Of a stretch of 58,401 bases of DNA, positions 45,812 to 55,346 are shown in pieces. Within the stretch, counting starts at the first letter, position 1. Each line of letters starts with the position of its first letter. This DNA comes from an uncultured Chitinophagales bacterium (lineage in GTDB: Bacteria > Bacteroidota > Bacteroidia > Chitinophagales > S012-47). The translations under genes and the position numbers were made by a program. The stretch is from positions 1-58,401 of the forward strand of contig CAYYHM010000008.1 in the NCBI GenBank assembly GCA_964471795.1. Reading direction: 5' to 3'. The notes under the pieces were generated by a model. It ran no database searches. It saw only the letters and a program-made list of their open reading frames with translations, and was not told the DNA's origin.

Positions 45812-46392
45812 TCTTCCCACATAAGGGATTCGATGAAGTGGTCTACATCGTAGCTGATGTAATCGATCACCGGCGCCAACGAGTCATAATCCGGGGCAAC
45901 ATCAAAGTACAACGCTCCCCGCAACCAGTGGGCAGTAGTATCCGTTACAAAGAATTGCAGTGCTGAAGCCGCATCACCACCAACCTTGTACACCACCCCA
46001 AACACCCGATTAGGTGTTTCTACATACACCGGCTCTATGTAGTCGGCACGTTTGGTGTGCTCATAGGTAAGCCTGTACGCGTCGTCGCGCAACTTATTGA
46101 GGGTGTATGACCCGCTGAGTGCCTTGTAGCTCAGGTAAATGGTGGCCCCGTAGTTGGGGTAATACAGATTATACCAGCAGTCACCGGATTGTGTGGTGCT
46201 GAACAACTGCGTGTCGCGCTGAATCGTCACATAGTCCAGCCGCTGAAAGGTAAACGGACAGCCTTCCAGTGAATCCGATACATATTGCTTGGGTGGTAGT
46301 TCGACACGGGGATATTCCTTGGGTCGCGGGCCATATTCTGCCGTACAAGCTGCCAGCAACAGCCAACCCATAACAACAATCCATTTAGTCAT
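45808..46392 (-). CDS. gldD: Gliding-motility lipoprotein GldD
   Basis: Lipobox LLAAC, about 190 aa. Lies immediately downstream of gldE (8-nt overlap), as in Flavobacterium johnsoniae. RPKEYPRVELPPKQY N-terminal motif. Confidence 0.7.
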   Translation of the reverse strand: MTKWIVVMGWLLLAACTAEYGPRPKEYPRVELPPKQYVSDSLEGCPFTFQRLDYVTIQRDTQLFSTTQSGDCWYNLYYPNYGATIYLSYKALSGSYTLNKLRDDAYRLTYEHTKRADYIEPVYVETPNRVFGVVYKVGGDAASALQFFVTDTTAHWLRGALYFDVAPDYDSLAPVIDYISYDVDHFIESLMWED

Positions 46393-47767
46393 GAGTACCT
46401 GTTTTGGGCAGTTCTATCCTTACTTTCTGTATCCGCCTGCGGGTAACGGCCACCACCTCAAAACGATAGCCATCAAGCGAGATGGAATCGCCAACTACGG
46501 GCATCTTCTGGAATACTTCCAGCAGCAACCCGGCAAGCGAGTCTGAATCGCCACGTTCTTCTTCCCACTGATCAGCGCGCAAGCCAAGCAGCTTCATCAT
46601 ATCGTTCAGCTGAATCTTCCCTTCAAACACATAGGTATTGTCGTCCAGTCGCTCATAAGGCAACTTTTCCTGCTCATCATATTCATCATTGATCTCCCCT
46701 ATGATTTCCTCCATGATATCCTCCAGCGTGATGATGCCGGAAGTGCCCCCATATTCATCAACGGCAATGGCCAGATGGATATGCCGCTGCTGGAACTCCT
46801 GCAGGAGTCGCTCTATCTTCTTGGCCTCAGGCACAAAGAAGGCAGGCCGCAGCAATACCCGCCAGTCGAAGTTGTCCGCCTCATTGAGATACTTCAGCAA
46901 GTCTTTGGCGTAGAGCACCCCCTCCATTTGGTCCAGATTGTCGCGATACACCGGAATCCGTGAAAATCCACTATCCAGCACGATGGCGAACACTTCGCGG
47001 AAGGTGCTGTCGGTGTCGATGGCCACGATATCCATGCGTGGCTGCATGATTTGTTTGACAGTAATGTCACCAAACTTCACAATGCCCTTCAGGATATCTT
47101 TCTCCGCCTCAGAAGTTCCTTTGTCGGTAGCCAGATCTATGGCGTGGTCTACTTCCTCCCTGGATACCTGCTTCATGGCACGGCTACCAAGGCGCTGCTC
47201 CAGCACCCGTGTGCTGCTCACCAGCAGCATGGCTAACGGGCGAAACAGGGATCGCAGCACCAGCAAAGGACCTGCCATGGCCAGCGCAAAATTCACGTTG
47301 TGGTGGTTGGCATACACCTTTGGCACCACCTCTCCCAACAATACAATCACGAATGTGACCAACACTACCTCCACCGCAAACTGCACCAAGGCAGCATCAC
47401 CAAAGGTGAAAGTGCGCGAGATGATGAAGTACGACAGAATGACGATGGATATGTTGAACAAGTTGTTGGCAATCAAGATGGTCGCCAACAGCAAACGAGG
47501 TCTCTCCAGCAGCTGCATCAGGCGCTTCGTGCGCTTTTCCTGCATGTTGAGGGTGGTAAGTACCGGCTTACCCAACGAGAAGAATGCCACTTCCGATCCG
47601 GATATGAGTGCCGATCCCAGGAGTAACAATAACAAGATAGCCGCTGCTGCCAGTGCATCGGGGTGGGGTGTGAAACTGATGGAGGCCAGGAGCTGATCAA
47701 GCCCCCATTGATGATACTCCCCTTCTGCGTTACTTTCCAAAACTGCTGAATTTGGTTCAACCATCAA
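46385..47767 (-). CDS. gldE: Gliding-motility protein GldE (DUF21-CBS-CorC/HlyC transporter-associated family)
   Basis: Four N-terminal TM segments (DUF21), a CBS pair, and a C-terminal CorC_HlyC domain. Conserved ssb-gldE-gldD synteny. Confidence 0.8.
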   Translation of the reverse strand: MMVEPNSAVLESNAEGEYHQWGLDQLLASISFTPHPDALAAAAILLLLLLGSALISGSEVAFFSLGKPVLTTLNMQEKRTKRLMQLLERPRLLLATILIANNLFNISIVILSYFIISRTFTFGDAALVQFAVEVVLVTFVIVLLGEVVPKVYANHHNVNFALAMAGPLLVLRSLFRPLAMLLVSSTRVLEQRLGSRAMKQVSREEVDHAIDLATDKGTSEAEKDILKGIVKFGDITVKQIMQPRMDIVAIDTDSTFREVFAIVLDSGFSRIPVYRDNLDQMEGVLYAKDLLKYLNEADNFDWRVLLRPAFFVPEAKKIERLLQEFQQRHIHLAIAVDEYGGTSGIITLEDIMEEIIGEINDEYDEQEKLPYERLDDNTYVFEGKIQLNDMMKLLGLRADQWEEERGDSDSLAGLLLEVFQKMPVVGDSISLDGYRFEVVAVTRRRIQKVRIELPKTGTHD

Positions 47768-47773
47768 CCTGCC

Positions 47774-48208
47774 TTAAAAAGGCAGGTCATCTTCGTCGCT
47801 GGACATAGACCTGGGGGCTGGTGGGGGAGGCATATGGCTTGCAGCAGACCCATCAGCACCGGCAGAACTGTTGCCAGACCCTTTCGGTGACAGCATGTTC
47901 ATACTGTCAGCCACTATTTCGGTGATGTAGCGATCGTTGCCTTCCTTATCCTGATAGGATCGTGTCTTGATTTTTCCTTCGATGTACACAAGGTCACCTT
48001 TGTGCAGAAACTTTTCTGCCACTTCGGCAAGACCTCTCCACAGCACTACATTGTGCCAGTCGGTGATTTCCTTCTTTTCGTTGGTGGTTCTGTCGCGATA
48101 GGCTTCGGAAGTAGCAACAGAGAATGAAGCCTTCTTGATTCCATTGCCAATGTCGACTACCTCGGGATCCTTGCCCAATCGGCCGACCAAAATCACTTTG
48201 TTTACCAT
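47774..48208 (-). CDS. ssb: Single-stranded DNA-binding protein
   Basis: MVNKVILVGRLGKDPE OB-fold start. Gly/Pro/Ser-rich tail ending in the acidic DEDDLPF tip. Confidence 0.9.
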   Translation of the reverse strand: MVNKVILVGRLGKDPEVVDIGNGIKKASFSVATSEAYRDRTTNEKKEITDWHNVVLWRGLAEVAEKFLHKGDLVYIEGKIKTRSYQDKEGNDRYITEIVADSMNMLSPKGSGNSSAGADGSAASHMPPPPAPRSMSSDEDDLPF

Positions 48209-48242
48209 GGTACTTTGGTGGTTAGAATGTGGGGTAATTTTT

Positions 48243-49310
48243 TTATCGAAATAAATATAGTGCATTATCCGACAGATACCAATTGAGTAACCGCGGGAAG
48301 GCGAAAGTAGCCATTTTTTGACTGTCTGTGCTGATGAACTGATCCGATTGGACAGGCGATCCTTCTACCACATATATGTGTCCATAGACTTCCTGATGGG
48401 TTAGCAGCTGGCGGAACACTCTTCCTACCGGCGTCAACGCCATGTGTTCCGACAGCCAGCCAGCCTCACTGGCCGCCTGCCGCACTTCCTGCTCCGCCAG
48501 TGGATGCGGGGCCTCAATCATGGGAAACTCATGCAGCCCCTGCCAAATGTCCTTGGCTTGTCGCTTTACCAGGTAGCGGCGATCACCATCCCGGAAGTCC
48601 AGATAGTGGAAGTGCCGGATCTTTCGCACCATCTGCTTGGATTTGACGGGTAGTACGGACACTAAGTCCTGCGATAGAGCCAGGCACTGCGAATGAAGCG
48701 GACAGGTAGTGCACGCAGGAGCAGATGGCGTGCATACCGTTGCGCCAAAATCCATCATGGCCTGATTGAAGGCAGCAGGATCCGGAGAGTAGAGCAAGTT
48801 TGTCGCCAGTTCTGCAAACTGCTGCTTACCCCCAGTGGAGTCGATAGGTGTGTCTACTCCGAAAAACCTGGACAAGATGCGATACACATTGCCATCCACT
48901 ACCGGAATGGCCTCCCCAAAGGCAAATGAGGCAATTGCTGCAGCCGTGTAGGGACCCACTCCTTTCAGCTGTAGCCAGCCGGCAGCGGTATCAGGGAATC
49001 TGCCTCCATGGGCATAGGCTATTGTTTTTGCTGCAGCATGCAGGTTGCGGGCACGGGAATAATAGCCCAGCCCTTCCCACATCTTCATCACCTCATCTTC
49101 TGCCGCATCTGCCAGGTGCTGTACCGTAGGAAACGCCTCCAGAAATCGCTCGTAATACTTCATCCCCTGCGCCACGCGGGTCTGCTGCAGTATCACCTCA
49201 CTCAGCCAGATTCGGTATGGATCCTTCTCGCCCTTCCAGGGCATCTCCCTGTGATTGTGGTGCTCATGCCACGCCATCAACGCACCGGTAAACCAATTCT
49301 CCCTTCCCAT
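48243..49310 (-). CDS. mutY: A/G-specific adenine DNA glycosylase
   Basis: PYRIWLSEVILQQT, HhH-GPD (LKGVGPYTAAAI), 4Fe-4S Cys cluster (C-x6-C-x2-C-x5-C: CTPSAPACTTCPLHSQC), C-terminal NUDIX-like domain. Confidence 0.9.
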   Translation of the reverse strand: MGRENWFTGALMAWHEHHNHREMPWKGEKDPYRIWLSEVILQQTRVAQGMKYYERFLEAFPTVQHLADAAEDEVMKMWEGLGYYSRARNLHAAAKTIAYAHGGRFPDTAAGWLQLKGVGPYTAAAIASFAFGEAIPVVDGNVYRILSRFFGVDTPIDSTGGKQQFAELATNLLYSPDPAAFNQAMMDFGATVCTPSAPACTTCPLHSQCLALSQDLVSVLPVKSKQMVRKIRHFHYLDFRDGDRRYLVKRQAKDIWQGLHEFPMIEAPHPLAEQEVRQAASEAGWLSEHMALTPVGRVFRQLLTHQEVYGHIYVVEGSPVQSDQFISTDSQKMATFAFPRLLNWYLSDNALYLFR

Positions 49311-49335
49311 GGTAGCATCAATGACGGTAAGGGGC

Positions 49336-51147
49336 TTATTGTTTTACGATCTGCTCTACAAACAAACGCTGTCCATCTGCCGTAACCGCCTCCAGCCAAT
49401 ATGCGCCGGCAGGCAAATGTCCTATCCGACAGCTGAACTGCTGCGTGCCGGCACGGACAACATCCTCTACCAACACATCTGCCAGCTGCCCGGACTGACC
49501 GAGCAATCGGAACGTGATGCGGGCAGGGTTATCCAACCGAAACGATACCGTCACCCGGTCGGAAGAAGGGTTGGGAAACAATTCTACAGGCACAGGAGGC
49601 GCAATGGATGCCTGCCCGATGGGAGTAGGACGCTGCAGGGAGGCAATCCAGCTGTAGTGTACGTTGGATCGTCCATAGGATCCTACTGCCCACACCACCC
49701 CGGGTTCATCATATTTGGGTTGAATGCCGGAATAATCGCCCCATCGCTCTACAGAACTCAGGAGTATGTCCACTCCCGTAATGCCTTCCCTGAGGGAGAT
49801 CAGATCGGAATAGCCGCCAATGCCATCGACATACAGCCCCGTAAAACCACTGAAAACAGTACTGGCTGACTTGTTCATGGTGATGATGGCACTATGATCT
49901 GTAGGTGAAGTGCCACAATAGGCAATGTTGGGATAGGCAAGGTCCAGCAGGGTGTCGCCAATGATTTGCAGACTTACAGCAGGAGAAGGAGATGAAACAT
50001 GAGTGATGACCCCATGATAGACGCCGGCCTTTCCGGTTGCGAAAACATGCGTGTTCCCCACAAACTGTATGGTATCCCGATGCAGGAAGCCCCCAAGAAT
50101 CCGGGTATCGTTGGTGTCGAACGTATCGGCAACGGGCTGCATGGCTCCGGGAGGGAGTCCATACCGTTGGTTGGCTGTCAGCGCTTGTATGCTGAGCTGC
50201 CCGCCGTTGGCGATCGTGTTGTCCATATAAAAGAGAAAGAGGGTGTCGTTCTCGGTATGCAGATTGCGGTTGCTCAGGAAATACATGCCCGGCCCATATA
50301 AACCATTGCCCCCTTGTATCGGCGTTATGTTGAAGAATGGCTCGCCCTGATAGGTAAGCCCTGCCAGGTAGCGGGAACGAAGCGTGTCGTTGGCATACCC
50401 ATCATACTTGTTGATCTGCCATATGGTACTCTCCACAAATCCGTTGTTGTTCACAGAACCGTTGGTAAAGGTGTTGAAGGTGAGAAACAGTTCATCGGTG
50501 GACAGGCCTATGTTCGGATAGTCGGACCACGTGTTGTTGGTCAGCGGATTGCCCGGCAAGCCATACAGATACCACTCCCCCAGTGGATCGTTGGTGGCAC
50601 TGAAAGCCAGGATGATACGACTGGTAGTGTCCAGATTGCCATTGAGGTACACCATTACAAAGCGGTCCTCAGCAGGGTCGTACACCACCTTGGGGTCATA
50701 CTTGAACTCCGGGAATCCCAACGAGTCGGCAAACACAGCTAAAGAAGCGCTTTTAACCACCCGCTCTGTATTGGCATCATAGAAGAAGATGATGGAGTTG
50801 ATGACTGAAACCAGCATGCCGCTGTTGGAGATAGCCAGGTCATTGTCGTTGGGAGTGCGGAAGTTGAACTGATTTCCCGCAAAGGAAGCCAGAATTTGAG
50901 GCTGTGGGGCTGTGCCCAGCTGTACGGCATCCTGACTCCGTTGTTCAGATAGTTGCTCCACATGGTGTTTGCGGACACCGCCTGTAGGCGAAACGGTTTC
51001 CAATGTTTGCAGCACCGGAGCATAATCCTGCTGAATGGACTGTACTTCCACCCGTGCCTGCGGCGGTATAATAATGTGCTTGTATTCCTGTGCCGTGATA
51101 TTCAGGACTATCAAGGTGCTACTTATCCAAAGTATCCAATGTTTCAT
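49336..51147 (-). CDS. Secreted hypothetical protein with T9SS type-A C-terminal sorting domain
   Basis: Signal peptide MKHWILWISSTLIVLNITAQ. The body has no motif I can name and may be propeller-like. C-terminus LFPNPSSDRVTVSF...GAYWLEAV...VEQIVKQ is a type-A CTD. Confidence 0.6.
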   Translation of the reverse strand: MKHWILWISSTLIVLNITAQEYKHIIIPPQARVEVQSIQQDYAPVLQTLETVSPTGGVRKHHVEQLSEQRSQDAVQLGTAPQPQILASFAGNQFNFRTPNDNDLAISNSGMLVSVINSIIFFYDANTERVVKSASLAVFADSLGFPEFKYDPKVVYDPAEDRFVMVYLNGNLDTTSRIILAFSATNDPLGEWYLYGLPGNPLTNNTWSDYPNIGLSTDELFLTFNTFTNGSVNNNGFVESTIWQINKYDGYANDTLRSRYLAGLTYQGEPFFNITPIQGGNGLYGPGMYFLSNRNLHTENDTLFLFYMDNTIANGGQLSIQALTANQRYGLPPGAMQPVADTFDTNDTRILGGFLHRDTIQFVGNTHVFATGKAGVYHGVITHVSSPSPAVSLQIIGDTLLDLAYPNIAYCGTSPTDHSAIITMNKSASTVFSGFTGLYVDGIGGYSDLISLREGITGVDILLSSVERWGDYSGIQPKYDEPGVVWAVGSYGRSNVHYSWIASLQRPTPIGQASIAPPVPVELFPNPSSDRVTVSFRLDNPARITFRLLGQSGQLADVLVEDVVRAGTQQFSCRIGHLPAGAYWLEAVTADGQRLFVEQIVKQ

Positions 51148-51374
51148 ACTGTGCTGTTGCCTTAAAATTACAGATTGACAGGCATTTGAACCTACAGTAG
51201 CCGTCCGCTGCTTGCTATATGGCTCTAAATCAATGGATAATCCGTAAAAAATCGCTATTTATTCCTTCGCCATACCGAAAAAATTGTCGAAATTTGCAGC
51301 CTGTTTCGAGAAATCGAAGAAGGGGCCGCAAGGCAGAAGTGTGATCATAGATAGATTCAAATACTAAAATCCCA

Positions 51375-51686
51375 ATGAGAAAAGCTGATTTGATTAATGA
51401 CATTGCTGAGAAGACCGGAATCGCTAAGGTAGATGTGCTGGTGACCCTGGAGGCCTTTTTCAAAGAGGTAAAGGAGTCATTGTCTACCGGTGAAAACGTA
51501 TACATCCGCGGCTTCGGCAGTTTTGTTACAAAGAAGAGAGCCAAGAAGATTGGTCGGAATATCAAGAAGAATGTGGCTATTGAAATACCGGAGCATTTCA
51601 TCCCGGCATTCAAGCCATCCAAAGTTTTTGTCGACATGGTGAAGCACAACGGAGTAGGGGTGTTTCATGATGAAGAAGAAGAATAA
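51375..51686 (+). CDS. hup: HU-family DNA-binding protein
   Basis: MRKADLINDIAEKTG...VYIRGFGSF...R.GRN..K... The classic HU/IHF fold motifs are present. Confidence 0.9.
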   Translation: MRKADLINDIAEKTGIAKVDVLVTLEAFFKEVKESLSTGENVYIRGFGSFVTKKRAKKIGRNIKKNVAIEIPEHFIPAFKPSKVFVDMVKHNGVGVFHDEEEE

Positions 51687-51700
51687 AATACTGCTTGCTG

Positions 51701-52474
51701 ATGGGTAGGAAACAATGGTGGCTGATCGTCATCGGAGTCATATTGGTTGTCGCTCTGTTTGTGTTGCGCAATCAACCACACCAGACCACTGCCATTGACG
51801 CCTTTCTGCAACAAGCCAAAGACTCTCTGAGCACCGACGCCTGGCAACAGGCAACACGTTTGGAATCCTTGCCTGAAGAGGTACAGACAGACAGTCTGAT
51901 TTCTTTCTGGAAACAACAGGGAAATGCAGCGGCGACCGCTATTTATAGCTTGCAGTTGGCCAGACGCAATGACAGTAAGCCACAATGGCTGGCCGCCGGC
52001 AACGACCTGATGTCAGGTATTGGTTACGGCAGACAGCAAGGGTTGTCTGACAATCTGTTGTTCTACTTTTCCGAGGCGGCTTTTGAATGCTTCGACAGGG
52101 TATTGCAGCAAGACTCCACCGATGCAGATGCATCCATAGGCATGGCCATGGTGTACATCGAGGGTCGGGGGCAGGTGATGCCGGGTGTTCGCCTACTGCT
52201 GGATGTACTGCAACGGGACTCGCTCCATGTAGGAGCCAACCTGCGGCTGGGCAGACTCAGCATGGTGAACGGAGAGTATGGCAACGTCATCAAGCGCATG
52301 AAGAAGGTGCTGATGGTGGAGCCGGACAACGGTGAGGCCTACATCACTATCGCCAGTGCCTGGCAAGCACAAGGCATACCCGATTCCGCACGGGTTTACC
52401 TGGCAAAAAGCCTTCCTTTCCTGCCGGAAGGGGAAGTAAAAGCGGAAGCATTGAAACGATTGAACGAACTGTAA
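51701..52474 (+). CDS. Membrane-anchored tetratricopeptide-repeat protein
   Basis: N-terminal TM segment (WWLIVIGVILVVALFVL) followed by TPR-like helices. ATG 51701 is preferred to TTG 51695. Confidence 0.65.
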   Translation: MGRKQWWLIVIGVILVVALFVLRNQPHQTTAIDAFLQQAKDSLSTDAWQQATRLESLPEEVQTDSLISFWKQQGNAAATAIYSLQLARRNDSKPQWLAAGNDLMSGIGYGRQQGLSDNLLFYFSEAAFECFDRVLQQDSTDADASIGMAMVYIEGRGQVMPGVRLLLDVLQRDSLHVGANLRLGRLSMVNGEYGNVIKRMKKVLMVEPDNGEAYITIASAWQAQGIPDSARVYLAKSLPFLPEGEVKAEALKRLNEL

Positions 52475-52485
52475 AATAAGTTACT

Positions 52486-52578
52486 ATGCCTTGTGGTAAG
52501 AAACGTAAAAGACACAAGATTGCAACGCACAAGCGTAAGAAGCGTCTGCGTAAAGACAGACATAAGAAGAAGAAGTAA
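52486..52578 (+). CDS. 30-aa ultra-basic peptide, candidate small-subunit ribosomal protein bS22-like
   Basis: Not in the ORF track. ATG...TAA encodes MPCGKKRKRHKIATHKRKKRLRKDRHKKKK (20 of 30 residues K/R/H). It resembles the KKRRKRMSKKKHRKLLRR core of actinobacterial bS22. It sits between the TPR gene and rng. Confidence 0.5.
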   Translation: MPCGKKRKRHKIATHKRKKRLRKDRHKKKK

Positions 52579-52663
52579 GCGGTAGCAGGCCCAGGCACCT
52601 TCACTCGGATTTCTTCTTTCATCATCAATCCTGTACAGGCATGGAAGCCGTGTACACAAAACT

Positions 52664-54244
52664 GTGATTGTGGAAAGAGAACTAATCATCAAAAGTGGGG
52701 AAGCCGGTGCTGAAATAGCCTTACTGGAAGACAAAGCGCTTGTTGAGTTTCATAAGGAGACTGCAGACAGTCAATACAAGGTAGGAGACATCTACCTTGG
52801 TGTGGTACAGAAAATCAATCCCGGACTGAATGCTGCCTTTGTAGATGTAGGACATCAAAAAGATGCCTTCCTGCATTATACAGACTTGGGACCCAACATC
52901 CGCTCATTGGTCAAGTTGACCAATGTGGCCAGGAATGGACAACGCCAGCAACGGCAGTTGGAAACCTTCCAATTTGAACCGCAAATCGTTAAGACGGGGA
53001 AGATCAACAATGCGATCTCCAAAAAGAACCCCGTTCTGGTTCAGATCCTGAAGGAGCCCATCTCCACCAAAGGACCACGGCTCACATGTGAAATCACATT
53101 GGCCGGCAGGTACCTCATTTTATCGCCTTTTGGCGATTCCATCGGTATTTCCAAACGGATATCGTCTGCTGACGAGCGCAAGAGACTGTTGCGCCTCGTA
53201 GAGAGCATTCGTCCCAAAAACTTCGGCGTGGTCATCCGCACCGTAGCGGAAGGACGCAGCGTAGCAGAATTGCACGAGGACCTGAAAACCCTCACCGACA
53301 AGTGGGAGCAAATCCTCGACAAGCTCCACAACCGTCGGCCGCCATCGCTCATCCTCAGCGAATTGGACAAGACTTCCGGTCTGGTACGTGATCTGCTGAA
53401 TGAATCCTTCGCACGTGTGGTCACCGACGACAAGTTGATTGCCGCAGACCTCAAAACCTATATCGGTAAGATTGCCCCCGGCAAGGAAAACATCGTTCAG
53501 CACTATCAGGGGAAAGCGTCTCTGTTCGACACCTACGGCATCACCAAACAAATCAAGAGCTCCTTTGGCAAGTCGGTGACGATGAAGAGTGGCGCATACA
53601 TCGTAATCGAACATACCGAAGCCCTCCACGTGGTTGATGTGAACAGCGGTTACAAGATTGGCACCCACAGCGATCAGGAAAGCAATGCGCTGAACGTAAA
53701 CATGGAAGCCGCCCGGGAAATTGCCAGGCAGCTGCGTCTGCGCGACATTGGCGGCATCATCATCGTCGATTTCATCGACATGAAGAACCCCGCCAACAAG
53801 AAAACCCTGTTTCAGGTAATGCGCGATGCCATGGCCAACGATAAGGCACGGCATACCATTTTGCCCCCTAGCAAGTTCGGACTCATACAGATCACACGGC
53901 AGCGGGTAAGACCGGAAATCAGCATCTCCACACAGGAAGTGTGCCCCACCTGCCAAGGCACCGGCAAGATCGGCCCGGGCATATTGGTAGTGGATGAAAT
54001 TGAGAGGGCGTTGGCCATGTTAATGACCACTGCACCGCCGGCAAAGCTTACATTACACGTACATCCGTTCATTGAAGCATTCCTGAAGCGTGGCATCCTG
54101 TCCCGGCAGGTAGGCTGGTTCCGGAAGTACAAGAAATGGATCCGCATCCAAAAAGACAACAACTACCAGATGGTAGAATTCCATTTCATGGATGGTGAAG
54201 GTGAAGAAATTTCACTGGAGAAGATGGAAGCAGCGGAAGGGTAA
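52664..54244 (+). CDS. rng: Ribonuclease E/G family endoribonuclease (RNase G-like)
   Basis: S1 domain (VGDIYLGVVQKINPGLNAAFVDVG), catalytic region (ALHVVDVNSG...DFIDM), Zn-link-like CPTCQGTG. GTG start (an alternative GTG is at 52670). Confidence 0.85.
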   Translation: MIVERELIIKSGEAGAEIALLEDKALVEFHKETADSQYKVGDIYLGVVQKINPGLNAAFVDVGHQKDAFLHYTDLGPNIRSLVKLTNVARNGQRQQRQLETFQFEPQIVKTGKINNAISKKNPVLVQILKEPISTKGPRLTCEITLAGRYLILSPFGDSIGISKRISSADERKRLLRLVESIRPKNFGVVIRTVAEGRSVAELHEDLKTLTDKWEQILDKLHNRRPPSLILSELDKTSGLVRDLLNESFARVVTDDKLIAADLKTYIGKIAPGKENIVQHYQGKASLFDTYGITKQIKSSFGKSVTMKSGAYIVIEHTEALHVVDVNSGYKIGTHSDQESNALNVNMEAAREIARQLRLRDIGGIIIVDFIDMKNPANKKTLFQVMRDAMANDKARHTILPPSKFGLIQITRQRVRPEISISTQEVCPTCQGTGKIGPGILVVDEIERALAMLMTTAPPAKLTLHVHPFIEAFLKRGILSRQVGWFRKYKKWIRIQKDNNYQMVEFHFMDGEGEEISLEKMEAAEG

Positions 54245-54267
54245 ATCCCATCCACCAAGAAATACGA

Positions 54268-54295
54268 AGAGGGCACCAAAAGTGCCCTCTTTTTT
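54268..54295 (+). terminator. Rho-independent terminator of rng
   Basis: AGAGGGCAC-caaaa-GTGCCCTCT hairpin followed by TTTTT, 24 nt after the stop codon. Confidence 0.8.
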
Positions 54296-54511
54296 GTTAG
54301 CAGCATGTGCTATTCTCTAGTGTGACACGTGGAGGCGCCATCAGATAGACCCAAAAGCAATTAGCGCAAGGCCTGTCTCCGGGACAGCCAATATCCGACA
54401 CTCCAAACCTGTTTCCCGGCATAATTCTATTACATTCACATACATACGAGCAAGTCCAACAAACTGCAAGCAGAACTCCTGTACTACGGTCACGTTTGCA
54501 CTAATCCTGTT

Positions 54512-55111
54512 ATGGAATACAAAGCAATAGCCACCCAACTTCTTGCCATGAAAGAGGCCGACCTTGCATGCCGGCAACGGCTGATAGCTAATGGCCAGCT
54601 GCATGAAGGTTATAATGCGGAAATGGCCGCCATTCATGACAGGAACGCCTCTGCGCTGGAGGAGATCATCAACAAGATCGGGTATCCAACCACCAGCAAA
54701 GTAGGGAAGGAAGCCAGTGAAGCCGCCTGGCTGATTGTACAACATGCCATTGGCAGACCCTTGTTTATGAAAAAGTGCCTGATGGCTTTGCAAGCAGCTG
54801 CTACTGATGACCCATTGCTTGGGAACCATCTTGCCTACCTGTCCGACCGGATCGCTGTGCTGGAAGGCAAGCCACAGCTGTATGGTACTCAATTTGATTG
54901 GGACGAAGCCGGCCAACTAAGTCCATCCCCCATAGATGATCTGGCAGCGGTGAACCGCAGAAGAGCGGCTCTCGGATGGGAATCGCTGGAAGAACGAACT
55001 GCCGCCATCAGACAACAGGCGCTACAAGAAAATCAAAGCCCCCCATCAGACTTGCGACAGCGGAATCTTGAAATGGCAAAATGGAAGCAATCAGTTGGTT
55101 GGACTACCTGA
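54512..55111 (+). CDS. Hypothetical helical protein (possibly DUF6624-like)
   Basis: Coding-like composition. The WLIVQHA motif is recalled from a family of uncharacterised helical proteins. The antisense ORF 54341-54916 looks non-coding. Confidence 0.45.
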   Translation: MEYKAIATQLLAMKEADLACRQRLIANGQLHEGYNAEMAAIHDRNASALEEIINKIGYPTTSKVGKEASEAAWLIVQHAIGRPLFMKKCLMALQAAATDDPLLGNHLAYLSDRIAVLEGKPQLYGTQFDWDEAGQLSPSPIDDLAAVNRRRAALGWESLEERTAAIRQQALQENQSPPSDLRQRNLEMAKWKQSVGWTT

Positions 55112-55132
55112 CCGTTGGCGTTATCGCCACAC

Positions 55133-55228
55133 TCAATCCTGTTGATTTTTATTCCGCCTGCACCTGTCACTACAGTATTTCACCTCATCCCACACCTTTT
55201 CCCAATGTCCCCCGCTGGAAAAGCTGCA
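55133..55228 (-). pseudogene. Start-less relic of a DUF2256 zinc-ribbon gene (C-terminal 31 codons)
   Basis: The minus-strand frame reads [31 protein letters not shown], preceded directly by an in-frame TAA with no ATG. The intact paralog at 56648-56797 reads ...[30 protein letters not shown]. Confidence 0.6.
55150..55204. repeat. Direct repeat copy A (55 bp) flanking the ATPase island
   Basis: tattccgcctgcacctGtcactAcagtatttcacctcAtcccacaccttttccca. 52/55 identical to 56656-56710, with the three mismatches capitalised. Confidence 0.9.
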
Positions 55229-55346
55229 TTAACACCAATATTTTATTTCCTAAACAACCAGACCTTGCCAAATCAAACTATTGTCTAAAATCATTAAAAC
55301 TTGCTGTGGTTGCATGTTTTAATGATTGTTGATGTACCTTCGTACA

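Noticed and set aside
53120-53956. 278-aa minus-strand ORF
   Set aside because: It is antisense to the RNase E/G gene. It is a shadow ORF.
54296-54511. 216-nt non-coding stretch between the rng terminator and the next gene, examined for an ncRNA or riboswitch
   Set aside because: It contains only small imperfect hairpins (for example around GGCCTGTCTCCGGGACAGCC) and a CACGTG palindrome. I recognise no conserved RNA motif and see no terminator at its end. It may simply be the left margin of the accessory segment.
54341-54916. 191-aa minus-strand ORF
   Set aside because: It overlaps the plus-strand 199-aa ORF, which has more protein-like helical composition and a plausible start. The minus-strand translation looks random. 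Confidence in either strand is only moderate.
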